DNA of 64,000 nucleotides from Raja brachyura (lineage: Eukaryota). Below the pieces are notes generated by a model, which searched no databases, had not been told where the DNA came from, and saw nothing but the letters and a program-made list of their open reading frames with translations. Within the stretch, counting starts at the first letter, position 1. Each line of letters opens with the position of its first letter. The stretch spans positions 14,942,001-15,006,000 of the forward strand of contig OY740818.1 in assembly GCA_963514005.1 (NCBI GenBank), in the 5' to 3' direction. The translations under genes and the position numbers were made by a program. Positions 13,022-26,400 of the stretch are shown here, one piece after another.

Positions 13022-13369
13022 CCATTTATCCATTTCCCTTTTAAATACCTTTCTGAATTCTGCCTCCCCATTGTTTCTTGTCACAGCATCCCCCTGCGTT
13101 GAAACTTTTCCTAATCCCCCCATTTTTTCCATGACGTTTGTAAATTTATCCCCATAGTTACTGACATACCTACCAGTGGAAAGAGTTTGCTGCTATTTAT
13201 AAATACCTTTGAACCCCTTGAACAGGTCTGCTCTCATAGCTGATTGTTCTTGTGAAAAGAGCAGCAGCATCTCTCAGACCTCTTCACAATTAAATCCTCT
13301 CACTCCCAGGATCAAATGTTGAAACCGCACACTAAGATGGAACATTTGTTCTAACATTACAAATGGTTA

Positions 13370-13840
13370 GGCTTCATTTGGACTATATTGTTCAGTTTTG
13401 GTCACTGCTATAGGAAGGATGGTGTTAAGCTGTAAAGAGTACAGAGAAGAATTATGAGGATGTTGTCAGGACTTGAGGGTCAGAGCTATAGGGAGAGGTT
13501 GGGCAGGCTAGGACTTTACTCATGGAGCACAAGTGGATGAGGGTGACCTTATAGAAGTGTTTAACATCATGAGGGATATGCAGTCTTTTGCCCAGAGTTG
13601 GGAAATCAAGAGCCATAGGTTTGTGAGAGGGGAAAGAACCAATAGGATGCTGAGGGGCAACGTTTCCACACAGAGCAAGGTGGATGTATGGAATGGGCTG
13701 CCAGAGGAAGCAGTTGAGGCAAGCACTATAACATTTAAAATACATTTGGACGTACAATAGTAGGAAAGGTTTAGAGGGACGTAGGGCAAATGAGGGAGGT
13801 GGGACTAGTGTTGATGGTGTATCTGCTGTATGAGTCTAAA
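13370..13840 (+). mobile_element. CR1 LINE 3' fragment
   Basis: GDLIEVFNIM...STQSKVDVWNGLPEEAVEASTITFKIHLD in ORF 13533-13760, plus an upstream LDYIVQFWS..YRKD motif. Confidence 0.85.
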
Positions 13841-14409
13841 TCTCAAGTTTAAATGAGCCATCTGCCTCCAAACATATGAATTCTTTAGAGGTTTATAATT
13901 TTATAAAATTATAAACCAACTGACCAATTTATACTTTGGAGATAATGCAGCGCCCCCTTAATTGTAGATCTCCTTGATGCTCAACCCATTGACAATTAAA
14001 CTAATGTATAATTTGTGTAATTTGTGTCCATTTGTGTATGTCCATTTACACCACTAGATTATTACCTAGGTGTGACAGGTGCAAGTTACACTCCATGTGT
14101 CATCTGTACTCAAGAAATCAGATCGAAATTGTCAGTCAGAACTATATTTAGCTCAACAGAATGTTCTTTCATATCATGAAATGCCACCTAGCTAGTCCCA
14201 AAGGCAACCTCGTGCATTGAGTATGCAATGACTCACACAACTCTGTGTGTGGTGTCAGGTGTGGAGATGGTGTTGAAAGCTCTATGGTTGGACTGAAAAT
14301 TGTTTAAGTCCACAAAAATAATGAAATGACCTTATGACATGGTGATTATTTCTCAGCACTTTCTTCTATAAGCTAAATTATAATTTTAAAGTGTGTTTAG
14401 TTTTTTTGT

Positions 14410-14740
14410 CAGGTAATCATTCAGGATTGAGGAAGACTTGCTTCCACCACTACCTATGGTTCTGAGGTGACAGGTCAATGTGAGAACAGCATAATCTTTC
14501 ATAGTTGGGCAAGAGGTTCTTGACAGTATGGGTGCTAGGTAGTTTGTGAGGTGGTGCGCTCCTTTCACCTATCACGTTGGGTTTCTTTGTGCTCCCAACC
14601 CATGGACCTGAGGTTCTGATTATTATTTTGATTCCTCCTTTTCTATTTCAAGTGCTCATAGGCCAAAGCACTGAAGTCAATGGAATGTTGCAGTTTTTTT
14701 TAGGAGACTGACCACATCCTTGAATCTTCTCTTCTCTCAA
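14410..14740 (-). mobile_element. Old LINE fragment (RTE-like)
   Basis: Resembles a decayed non-LTR 3' end with no intact ORF. The family call is tentative. Confidence 0.35.
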
Positions 14741-15499
14741 CATGGAAATCAGGTTCATGTCTATTTAGCCAATAGCCATAAATGATGAATCTGATGTTAG
14801 CATGCATCCATAATAATTATGGTATTCTTTTAGAACATAAAAAGTAGGATTCAGAGCATATCCTGTGGCTTCTTGAAACTATTCCACCATTCAGTAAAAT
14901 TGTGGCTGATCCCCTCACTTATCCACTCTCATACTTCATTTCTGCGGTCCAAACATCTATCAGAATTCATCGTGATTTTACTCAATCATTGAAAATCCAA
15001 AGCCCATCAGTTCAATGTAGTTATTCTCCCATAAGTAGTTTACCATGAGTCTATGTCCTCTTGCTCCAGAACATTCTGTGCTTCATGAGAAATGAATTAA
15101 TCTCACCTGTACCATTTAATCTCTTGCTTGGTTATATTAGTAAACATTCAATTTTCCAAAGTAAACAAATAAATACTGATTGCTGTGGAATCTACATTAA
15201 CCTTCTTTGTTATGGAATCCTTAATCCACAATTTCCCAAATGCTTTGAATGTTTTATAGTTTGTTTTGTGGATCTAGCTACCACTGGCAAGTCAGGCATC
15301 GATTGCCAATTCCTGACTACTTTTCAGAACGTAATGATAAGCCACTTTCTTGAGACACTGCTGGTGAATGTACTCTCACAATACTATATTAAGTTGGGAG
15401 GTAGGATGATGAATGGACCACAATATATTTCTAAATCTGGTTGGTGTGCAACTTGAAGAGTATAAGGTGTACCCCCACATGCTCTATTTGTTCTATTAT

Positions 15500-16445
15500 A
15501 GTCGTACAGCATGGAAACAGGACCTTCGGCTGAACTCTCCCACACTGACCAAAATCCCCCATCTACACGTCCCACCTGCCTGCCGGCCCATATCCTTCTC
15601 AACCTTTCCTATCCATGTACCTGTTCAAATATATTTTATATTTCCTGGGATGTCAGGACTGTCTTATGAACAAAGACTGCATAGACTCGGTTTATACTCT
15701 CTAGAATTTAGGAGATTGAGAGGCGATCTTATAGAAACTTACAAAACTCTTAAGGGGTTGGACAGGCTAGATGCAGGAAGATTGTTCCCGATGTTGGGGA
15801 GGTCCAGGACAAGGGGTCACAGCTTAAGGATAAGGGGGAAATCCTTTAGGACCGAGATGAGAAGGACTTTTTTCACACAGAGAGTGGTGGGTCTCTGGAA
15901 CTCTTTGCCACAGAGGGTAGTTGAGGCCAGTTCATTGGATATATTTAAGAGGGAGTTAGATGTGGCCCTTGTGGCTAAGGGGATCAGAGGGTATGGAGAG
16001 AAGCTAGGTACGGGATACTGAGTTGGATGATCAGCCATGATCATATTGAATGGCGGTGCAGGCTCGAAGGGCCGAATGGCCTACTCCTGCACCTAATTTC
16101 TATGTTTCTAAGTGTCCTTATAGTACCTGCCTCAATCACCCACTTTGGCAGCTTGTTCCTCATACCCAGCACCCTTTGTGTGAAAAGCCCCTCAGACCCC
16201 ATTAAATCTTTCCACTCTCACCTTAAATTCATGCCCTCTGGTTCTTGATTGCCCTATTCTGCGTAAGTGATTCTGTGCATTTACTCAATCTATTCCCCTC
16301 ATGATCTTATGTGGCGCTATTAGATCACCTTTTGTTCTCCTGCTCCCCAAGGAATAAAGTCCTAGCCTGCTCAACCACTACTCAGGCTGCCAAGTACTGA
16401 CAATATCCTTGTAAATCTTCTCTGCTCCCATTCCAGCTTATCTCT
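15500..16445 (-). mobile_element. Older CR1 3' fragment split by a nested insertion
   Basis: - strand CR1 tail at 15500-15635 (TACAGCATGGAAACAGG...CCTATCCATGTACCTG). It continues at 16110-16445 (GTACCTGCCTCA...GGCAGCTTGTTCC...). Confidence 0.8.
15640..16109 (+). mobile_element. Young CR1 3' fragment nested in the older CR1
   Basis: Uninterrupted PGMSGLSYEQRLHRLGLYSLEFRRLRGDLIETYK...FFTQRVVGLWNSLPQRVVEA...GIRGYGEK to stop 16021, followed by an intact tail. Confidence 0.92.
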
Positions 16446-17154
16446 GCATCCTATCCAGCTTATTGATAGCCAAGGATGCAGGTTTGGGTGGTACTATATC
16501 AGTATCATCCAAGGAAGCATCATCCACTCAATCACTTTGCATTGCCACAGGTGGGAATTAATATTTTGGCTAGTATATTGTGTAGCATCAAGCCGGCAGC
16601 TTGGTCCTGTTGGGGTAGAGCATCTTGAATATTATTAGAGCTGAACTGATCCAGGAAAGAAGAAAGTATTTGTTTCTGATCTAGACAGAGGAAATGTTTG
16701 CCTTTGCAGCTATGTGAGCTGATTTTGAGAGTGAACAAATCATCACTTTCTTGCACTTGCCAATTTCAGATAACTAGTCTGAAATCATTGTAGAGAAGAC
16801 TTCTTGTAGAACCCAATTCTATTTGCTAATTCTACAGCAAAGCTTTTATAGGAGGAGACATAGTACAGTATTGAAGAATTATAAGCTGCGTCAAGAGTCA
16901 AGTCAAGAGTGTTTTATTGTCATATGTCCCGGACGGGACAATGAAATTCTTCCTTGCTGCAGCATAACAGAGAGAACAAGAGAGAAAAAGACTTTCTCTA
17001 AAGACTGCCTCATCCAATAAACGTTGGAACCTCATGCATTATTCAATCATACTATAACCACACCATCTGTTGGGAGAATGGAAGAGATACTTCCCAAAGT
17101 CAAACAAGCCACCTGCAAACCATGTGACTGAAGATGCCATGTAACTCTCTTTAT

Positions 17155-17325
17155 AGACCCAATGAACGTTCAAACCTACATGTTTTTGGAACATGGGAGG
17201 AAACTGGAGCACCTAGAGAAAACCCACATGGTCACAGGGAGAATGTACAAACTCAGTACAGACAGTACCCATCGTGAGGGTTTCTGCCACTGCCGCTGTG
17301 TCCAGGGTTCATTTTGTGGTGGGTG
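17155..17325 (-). mobile_element. Partial V-SINE
   Basis: Reverse complement of the V-domain seen at 11160-11260 (GGGAGGAAACTGGAGCACC..GAGAAAACCCAC..GGTCACAGGGAGAATGTACAAACT). Confidence 0.7.
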
Positions 17326-18089
17326 AACAGCGCTGGATACATAATGAAAACGATTTATCTGACCACCCTGAAGTTTGCTCAGGTCATTGTAGCACCCTTC
17401 TCAGAGAGTTGTTTTGTCATTTATAATACAACCCAATTAACCTACCTCCTCAGAATGACCTTGTCCCAAGGTGACAATCAACTAAGTTGCAGTTTGCTAA
17501 AGCTTTCAGTTCATCGCACAGCCAATTAACAAGCACCAGGCATATACTTCCTTTTGTACTTTAAACAGAATAAGTGACTTTGAATTGCAAAAGGTAATTC
17601 CCAACATAAGAATGAGATTTAGTAAAAAGCAAGATAAACAGCTGGGATAAATGGCCACTGACCCCTTATACATCTGACAAAATTCAAATGGTCCTAGCTG
17701 GGGTACCAGTGAAGCCTCACCAACCTTGCAGTGGTATGAATAATAAGTGTGTTTTTGGAGACAAAGCAATGGGCAAATGCATGGAAATCAAGTAATCTTA
17801 GTCAAGAACAAGCTCGAGCTCAGAGAAATTCCACACTCGGCAGAGTCAGAAGCAGAAACCCAGAATAATAAGGATAATTGTTGCCTGATTGGTGTCTGAC
17901 CACAGATTAGAGGTTTGATCTGAGGCTGTTCCAGTTTGTACACTCAGTTACGCATTGAACAGTACATTTATTTATTCATGAACAATGAAGGCCATTAAAT
18001 CATACTTGAAAGACAGCGAGAATACAGCAGTTTCATTCTATTTCTGGTTAACTATTACTTGAAGCAGAAATGTTTTCATAGAAGGAAAA

Positions 18090-18365
18090 ACATTGCATTT
18101 ATCCAACACCCTTTACAATCTCTGAATATCTTAAAGATTTAATGCCAATGAAATACTTTGGTAATGTAGTTATTAGTGTATGAATAAATGCAGCAGCTAA
18201 TTTATACAGTATGATTCCACAAAGAGCAATGAGGCAAGTGATCAGATCATCTGTTGTTGTGATGTTGATTGATGGGTAATTACGGACCAAATCACAGGGG
18301 AAAGCAGAGCTAAGGCTAACATTTCATCATTGGGGCATTGCTAGATTCATTTTATGATATGCTGA
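18090..18365 (-). mobile_element. Ancient Deu-domain SINE (SacSINE1/AmnSINE-like) remnant
   Basis: TTGCATTTAT..CCCTTT..., GCCAATGAAATACTTT..., AAATGCAGCAGCTAATTT...CCACAAA.AGCAATG...TGATGTTGATTGA. Homologous to 44390-44790 and 28805-28990. Confidence 0.6.
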
Positions 18366-19261
18366 AGATAAAGCAGGAAATGTTTCCCTTTTTTTTAAAA
18401 AGAATATACTTGGAAATAGATGGCTGCAATCAAATGAGGTGAACTTGAAACGGTCTTATTGCATAACATAGCTGTCTGCTTTCTTTGGTTTCGTGTGATG
18501 CCTTACATGAGAATGAGATTTGGTAACAAGCAAGATAAATAGATGGGATAAATGGCCACTGACCCCTCATATGCATCATATGATCAGATGTGTCTCCAGT
18601 CTGGCAAATCAATCATACGTAAACAGCCAAAGGAAGAGATTAGGGCTCATTAGATTGCTATCAATGGATGTCAGCGGCTTCAGAACAGCATTGAGCCAGG
18701 CTTTGGATGAAACGGTAGGCGATTCGATGAAGTCTAGGATGATGGTCAGGATGAGAGGCAAAGAGAAATTAATCCACAACCTTCTCTTGACTGAAAGTGG
18801 TACTCAGTCTTCCTTGTCAAGGGGTTGTGAAGAATTACTGAGAGTGACTTTCATAGGTAGACTGTGGTTGATGTTGATAACAGACAGATTGGACCCAAGA
18901 ACAAAAAGATTAGTCGCCCATGGTTGCTCTTGGTTTCTGGTTCCTAAGGAGAGCTCCCTCTGAGTCCTGTTTCTCATCTCCACTTTTTCTCTCCCCACCC
19001 CCCTGATCTCCATGTCTTCTCACCACCTCTCCTGTTTTGGTCGAATGGCCGCGACAAATTTATGATCCATTTTCATTGTATTATTTCTGGAAAAATAAGG
19101 TAAGCACCTGCTTGGCACAAAAGATACCATTCTCTGGTACCAGTGTGATGGAGGATCTTTCCATTTTGGGCTTCGGAATAGAATATAATTGGATTTTGTC
19201 CATGTGTTTTGTTTAAAAGAGTTATAAAACAAGAAATGAGAATGGGTTCTGGGGAAATTTA

Positions 19262-19605
19262 TGTTCAGCAGCGCATTTAAGTGGTGCTGGTTTCTGACGG
19301 ACACAGTGAAGGATGTACCGCACATCTCTGTCCTCCATGCAGCTGGCAAGCTCCTCTTTTGTCTCTGCACACGTCTTCCATCAACGTCTTCAGCATTCTT
19401 GTTTGGCCCTCCCGGGTTACGACTTCCATGGGTGGGTTCCCACAGCACAACCTCGTTTGCAGGCAGTTCTGGGTGGCGGTGGCAATGACCAGCGAGCCTC
19501 ATCCTTCTCCACTTCATCTTCTCGGTCAGAGGTGGAATCTCCCCATAGAGCTGGGCGTTAGTGATGTGGACCCTCCAACTGACATTTTGATAGCACGCCG
19601 GAAAC
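19262..19605 (-). mobile_element. RTE/RTEX-clade LINE 3' ORF fragment
   Basis: NVSWRVHITNAQLYGEIPPLTEKMKWRRMRLAGHCHRHPELPANEVVLWEPTHGSRNPGGP, a typical RTE-type C-terminus. Confidence 0.8.
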
Positions 19606-20574
19606 CAGCAGCACTGCGTCGCTAATATTTTCAACGATTTAATAAAAAATAAATCAATCAAATAAAAGCATTTAAAATCGTCAACATATTTGTTACAAGA
19701 TAATGAATGAGGTGAAAGGATTTGGTGTATTAATAAAGCGAAAGGCTCTCTGGCCTTCCAAAGACCGAGATTGCGTGGATAAAATTAATTAATCCCTTTA
19801 CTTCTTTGAGCTGTTGCATTGTTTTATATTTATTAGTTCAGCTCCTGAATATACAGTAATGCCAAATGCTCCCTCCCCACTCTGATGTCCTATTTTTGGA
19901 TGGGGGAACGCATACTGCAATAGTGTTTATTTTTATCCAGTACCACATGCCATGGCATTCCGGAGCTCATTTCCATCCACACGCATTTTGCATGGATTGG
20001 GACAGATTACTGTCAGGGAGAAGGCCAGGAGAATGGGAATGACTGGCAACGTGCCGATGGTCACGTAACCACAATGCCAGACAAAGCTATTATGGGTAAA
20101 ATGGCGAGAGCAGGTGCAATCTTGATTTCAAGTGCTGTATATGTGCAATCAACACCAATGTCAACAGCAGTAAGATTTTGGCCAAGTCACTTAATGGACC
20201 ATAATCTAAAATATGTAGGGATGATTTAATTAAGAAACAGAGGGAGGGGTAGGCCGATAGCCTGCTCACTATTCCAAAAAGTCACGACGGCTCTGAGAAT
20301 TATTTTCAATGCAGATGGTGAAAATCTGAAACAAAATCACTGATGAGTGGTTCCCATATTCTCTGTTTTTATTTTTGGATAATCTAATATTGGTCAAAAC
20401 AACATTTTCCTGCTCTCTTTGCAAAACCTTAGCTTCCTTGCACCACACATAGCTAGAGGCAAGGAACTGCAGAAGCTGGTTTACAACAGAAAAAGTGCTG
20501 GAGTAACTCAGCGGGTCAAGCAGCATCTCTGGAAGGCATGGATATGTGACTCATCTGAAGACAGGTCTTCTTCT

Positions 20575-22020
20575 GAAGCTGATTCCCCAGCTCTAGATAC
20601 CACCACTATGGAAAACATCCAGTCAGCATTCACACTGCTAATTCTCCTCAGAATCTTGTCTGTCTCAATAAGATCAACCCTCACTCTTCGAAACTCCGAA
20701 GAGCAAAGGCCCAATCTGCAAAACCTTTCTTCATATATCAACCCTTTCATTGCAGGAATCAACAGTGAGCCATCTCTGCACTGCCAACATGTAAATATAT
20801 ATTTCCTTGACCATGAATACTGAAACCACATTAATACTCTGGTGCCCTGTAAAGATGCATCAAGAATTCCTGACCTTTGTAGTCCATACTTTGAAATAAA
20901 GGCCAATGCTCCCATTAATCTTCCTAACTACTTGCTGTCCGGCATACCAACCATTTGTGTTTCATGCACTAAGGCAACCCCTTAGCACACCATGGGAATT
21001 TGTAATCTCACTCCATTTAAATAATAATTTGCTATTTCATTCTTCCTTCTGAAATAGTCTCATATGTTCCTATGTTATTTTCCATCTGCCAGTTTGTTAC
21101 CTGCTCACTATGCAATTTCCAAGGTGTTTTGTGTCCTTATCATAACTTACATATCTTTCTAACATCGACAAACTTTAATACAATAAGATCAGTCCCTTCA
21201 CCCGTCATCAATGTTGATTGTGCAGGTTGTCCCATGGTTTTGGGCACCAAACCTAAGGATGTACACACATAATATTATTAAATTCAAACGTCCAATGTAC
21301 AGACAAGTCAATTTCCACAAACAACCCCTCTCTCCCTCTGTTTTTCATAGTTGTTTTTTAATACATCACTCTTATGGGCTTTTGATCCCTATCTCTAGAG
21401 TAGATTATTATATTGAGTGAATTTTGTGTATTTTCCAACTTATGGACTAAATCGACTAATAGATATCTGTAAAATTGGAAACCATTCATTCCCCTGAACA
21501 GCCTGTGAATATTTGAAGCCCCAGGCCTGAACACTGCCACACACCCCTCGTGACTGACTGCCAATCTGAAAATGACCCACCTCCAGAATTTATGTTTTCT
21601 ATTTATTAGCCACTCACCGACACATGTCCATATATTAACCCGCATCCCATGCCTATTTGCCCTGTTCAATGAACTTTTACATGGCACCTTATCGAATGCC
21701 TTCTGTTAATCCAAATCTACTGGCTCACCTCAATCCATTCTATTTGTTACATCCTCATTGAGTCCTAGCAGATATGTCACATATAATTACCCTTCCGTCA
21801 AACTAAATTGACTCTGATTGTTTGTCTGACATTTTTTTAACTGTCCTGTTGTTACATCTTTAATAATGAATATCATGAATAATGAAAATCATTTTCTCAA
21901 TGACAAATGTAATGTTAACTGGTCTATAATTTCCAACTTTCTGTCTCCTTTTTTGAATAGTGCCATTTTCCCTGTGATCCTTCAATCCACTGTGAATTCT
22001 CCAGTATCTATGGAGTTCTG
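20575..22020 (-). mobile_element. Decayed CR1 ORF2 (reverse transcriptase region) fragments
   Basis: LIPAMKGLIYEERFCRLGLCSSEFRRVRVDLIETDKIL, plus upstream RT motifs (DFQKAFDKVP-like at about 21680-21720; GVxQxSxLG at about 21520-21555). Confidence 0.75.
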
Positions 22021-22229
22021 CAGGGTTAACTCAGCGGGTCAGGCAACATCAACAGACTGAGGCTGTAGAAGGGTCTCGACCCGAAACAGACCCTATTTAT
22101 TTTCTTCAGAGACGCTGCCTGACCTACTGAGTTATTCCAGCATTTTGTGTCTATCTTCAATGTAAACCAGCATCTGCAGTTCCTTCCTAAACACCACGTA
22201 TCCTTGGATCCAGGCCATCGGATCCAGAG

Positions 22230-23386
22230 TGTACACAAAATGCTGGAGAAACTCAGCGAGTGCAGCAGCATCTATGGAGCGAAGGAGATAGGCAACGTTT
22301 CGGGCCGAAACCCTTCTTCAGACTGATAGGGGGTAGGGGGAGGCAGGGGGAAGAAAGGAAAAAGGAGGCGGAGGAGCCCGAGGGCTGAGGGAGAGGTGGG
22401 AAGGGGTGGAGACAGCAAGGGTTAACAGAATTGAGAGAATTCGATGTTCATGCCAAGAGGATGCAGACTTCCCAAGCAGAATATGAGGTGCTGTTTGTCC
22501 AATTTGCGGTGTTGCTCACTCTGGCCGCGGAGGAGGCCCAGGACAGAGAGGTCGGATATGGAATGGGAGGGGGAGTTGAAGTGCTGAGCCACCGGGAGGT
22601 CGGGTTGGTTATTGCGGATCAAGCGGAGGTGTTCGGCAAGCCTCCGCTTGGTCTCACCGATATAGATCAGTTGACATCTAGAGCAGAGGATGCAATAAAT
22701 CAGGTTGGAGGAGGTGCAGGTGAACCTCTGCCGGACCTGGAACAACTGCTTGGGTCCTTGAAAGGAGTGGAGGGGGGAGATAAAGCGACAAGTGTAGCAC
22801 CTCTTGCGGTTGCAAGGGAAAGTGCCCTGGGGAAGGGGTGGAGCAGGAGGGAAGGGAAGAATTGACATGCGAGTTGCGGAGGGAGCGGTCTTTGCGGAAG
22901 GCAGACGGGGGGAGATGGGAAGATGTGGCGAGTGGTGGGGTCACGTTGGAGGTGGCGAAACTGGCCTTTGGACTATGTGTTGTATGTGCCGCTGGTGGGT
23001 GAAAGGTGAGGACCAGGAGGACTCTGCCCTTGTTGCGAGTGGGGGGATGGGGAGAGAGGGCAGTGTTGCGGGGTACCGAGGAGACCCTGGTGCGAGCCAC
23101 AACTATAGAGGGGGAGGGGAATCCCCATTCTCTGAAGAATTAGGACATTTGTGATGGTCTGGTGTGAAACACCTCATCCTGGGAGCAGATGCGGCGTAGA
23201 CGGAGGAATTGGGAGTAGGGGATGGAGTCCTTACAGGAAGCAGGGTGGGAGGAAGAGTAGTCCAGGTAGCCGTGGGAGTCATTGGGTTTATAGTGGATGT
23301 CGGTCAGGAGTGTATCACCTGCGATGGAAATAGTGAGGTCAAGGAATGGTAGGGAAGTGTCGGAAATGGTCCAGGTGCATTTGAGT
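22230..23386 (-). mobile_element. 5'-truncated Penelope-like retroelement (RT C-terminus, Zn-knuckle, GIY-YIG endonuclease, hammerhead-bearing tail) with TSD
   Basis: LPFLDLTISI...YKPNDSHGYLDYSSSHP; GTFPCNRKRCYTC; NLIYCILCSRCQLIYIGETKRRL.EH...VAQHFN...GMN (GIY-YIG). Flanked by ATCGGATCCAGAG (22217-22229) and ATCAGATCCAGAG (23387-23399). Confidence 0.9.
22291..22325 (-). ncRNA. Minimal hammerhead-ribozyme-like motif in PLE tail
   Basis: - strand CAGU-CUGAAGA-A-GGGU(UUCG)GCCC-GAAAC-GUU-GCC has intact CUGANGA and GAAA cores and a stem II. Stems I and III are minimal. Confidence 0.6.
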
Positions 23387-23501
23387 ATCAGATCCAGAGG
23401 ACTACTTCAATTTTGGCCCATTAGTTTGCCTTGCACCTTTACAGAGGTGATAGAGATTGTTTCTTCTTCCCTGCCTTATGCCCCTTGATTCTCAATTCTT
23501 A

Positions 23502-23720
23502 AGGGCCTGTCCCATTTGGGGGTCATTTGCGCGTCATTTACGCTACATCATTTATGCATCACAACGCGCACGTTGTGATGTGCACGTGATGCGCGCATGG
23601 TGCGTGGTGACGTAAGCAGTGACGCGCTGTCGCACGCAGCGCCCCAGGATTTTGAGATTCACAAAATCTTCGCACGCTACCTGCGTGAAGCTCAAAAGAC
23701 ACCCAAGTGGGACAGACCCT
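23502..23720. mobile_element. PIF/Harbinger-type MITE
   Basis: 19-bp TIRs AGGGCCTGTCCCATTTGGG / CCCAAGTGGGACAGACCCT (17/19 match), TTA target duplication on both sides (23499-23501, 23721-23723), and a CpG-rich interior. Confidence 0.88.
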
Positions 23721-24568
23721 TTATATTCACAAAGGGATAAAGCGTGGAAACTGGTGCTTCCGCCCTCCGAGTTCATAGTGACCTACAGTATCCATTTATA
23801 CCAACCCAACATTAGCCCCATTTCTTTCTCCCCATATGAACTTTTCAGATTACTACTGCTCATCTACGGACTATTTGCAATTTCCATTGGACAATTAGCC
23901 TACCAACCTTTGGATTCACCTATGCGATAGCATTGTGATGTTATCTTCACCAGCACAGTTCAAGACTAGCACGTGTTTGGAGGAGAGTGGAATACCTGGA
24001 GGAAACCGTATGGTAACCAGGAATATGTACCAGAGCCCACACCAGAGCAACACATGGCGCAAGACAGGTGACCACTGATTTTGGGGGCAATGAAAAATTT
24101 GTGCAAATAAATCATAGGTCTGTCTGTTCTCTGAGGTAAAAGCACCATTTCAAAGAATACCAATTCTCCCTGGTATCCTAGTTAGTATTTATCTCACAAC
24201 CAACAGCTTAAAACACTTTGAGTCATTATTTGGTCGTTACCTCTGTTACTAGGGTTTGTTCTTCATCTCCAGCCCTTCCCTCTCCGTCCTCTCCCTCCCC
24301 TCCCCTCCCCTCCACACCTGGCTAGCAGCATGGTGCACCTACAAATGTCCGGCAGTTGTCAAGGCAACTCCAACAGAATCTCCAAACTGCAGTCTCTGCC
24401 ACTAAGGACAAGGTGGTCGGTCAATGGAAACTAAATAAACCTACTTGGAATCACTCCACCTGAATGAGACCTATCATACGTTCCTTCAGCATTGTGATAG
24501 TACCTTAACCAGCGCAGTTCAAGAAAGTGCTCACCAACACTATCTCAAAGATAAATGAGGATTGGCAG

Positions 24569-24601
24569 CAAAGATCCTATAGCTCCGCTATAGGATCTTT
24601 G
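24569..24601. mobile_element. 33-bp micro-MITE (perfect 15-bp inverted repeat, 8-bp TSD)
   Basis: ATTGGCAG-[CAAAGATCCTATAGC-TCC-GCTATAGGATCTTTG]-ATTGGCAG. Confidence 0.8.
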
Positions 24602-26400
24602 ATTGGCAGTGCATACTAGCCCTGGTAATGTGGCATAATTCCATGATAAAACTAAAAGATTGACATTTGAGAAGGTCTTTATTGGCGACTTTACTTTTTT
24701 TAAGTGCTCCTGATGTCTAGATTGAATCTTTGAGTTAATGCACCAGAGGGTATTAACATTCTTAATTAGTGTATCTGCCTTTTAATTAATTTAAAATATA
24801 ATTTATGCATTAACTTCATTGGGTGAGATGTTGTCAGCTGACACCAGGTAGATGTGGTTTTGGAAGGATGTTCGTGGATTGTACGTTTAAGGTGTTTTTT
24901 TCAATTCGCAAGATCTGGGGATTGCTGGCAAGAGGGACACTAATTACTCATCCGTAATTTTCTTTCAAAACATGATGTTGTATCTCACTAGGATCCCAAG
25001 TTATGACAGTGCCTATGGGGTGCCATTAACTATGATTTCCAGGATTTTAACATAAAGGCAAATGTGAAATATGTTAAGTTTGAACAGACGGATCCCTTGT
25101 GTTAATGCTGTATGTGCCTACTGCCAATGTCATGTGAGGTGATAGGGACCAAAGTTAGACGCACTTCAAATTCCATGTCATCAGCTGAGAATGAAGCAGG
25201 AACCCAGAGTCAGGTTGTAGATAAGGGTGACGGTTGGATAATTCCAGGAACTGCAATTTTATTTATTTTCCATTAGAAAAGTTGACAAAACAAATAACTT
25301 TTATCAGATGGGTTAAAAATAAAGTTGTCTTCTGTTTGCTCTTTTGCTGAAACAATATATTCTTTGATTTTGCAGTCAAATATTTTTAAAAAGTTGCCCT
25401 GGATGTTCTGTCAAGACACAACAATTAGATGTACTATGTAAAGTTCAAATTAAACTTGTCATCAAGTTTACTGTGTCATCTTCCCACTGTAAATCATTTT
25501 GTTAAACGTGCTAATTTCAGGTTTTTAACCAGTATTTCAGCCAGTTGGTTCATGATTACGCATGAGTTTCATAACTAAGTGCAGGGAAGTCACAATGCAA
25601 CCCAATCCAGGGACCCCCCAGCTCTGAACAGGAACATTTCCAGGTGGGGAGATTTTGACAACTAAATTCTTATAAGCAATAAAACACAAAAAAAACTCAC
25701 ATCCTTGGCTCATAAAGTAGGGGAAAAGATAGAGGAAAGAAACTGATACCTAAACCCCAGAGAGAAAGGAATTAAGGTTACAAAGTGACGTCAGCCAGTG
25801 AAAATAGGATGTGTCTCTTAAAAAACATTTATGGTTGCTGCGCCATGAGTGAGAGAAACGGTTTCTCAGTACTTACTGGGGAATGGTATACACGCATTCC
25901 AGATAAGTTAGTGCCTTAAATAAACTGTGTGCGGAGAGATAATGCATGTGAAATGACAGCCAAGCGCAGTGCCTGCAATGTGTGGACCGCCTGCAATGAC
26001 ACCTGTCATTGAGCCGATTGCTATTTTCGGGCATTGAGTAATTTGGGATTTGCCTTCAGCTCTCAACTCGGTAAAGTAGCAACGCAGGTTCACAAAGACA
26101 GACTTTTGCACATCGCGGGCAATGCAGGGCAGTTTTTAGCAGTATTGATCATTCTGTAGGTTGAGCAAACCATACAGGGAAGACTCAACTGCTATTAGAA
26201 GCCACATTCTATGAGATGTCGAAGATTTCAGTTTAACATTAGTATTTATTAACATTGATTCTGAACCATGAGAGTCTATTGAGAGAAATAAAATGATAGC
26301 TGACCTGTGCTTCCATTATTTAGTAATGTCTGCTTATTGTGCAAATATTGTCAGGGAGTCACACTGATTCAAATAATTGTCATTTAGTTATCAGAAAATA

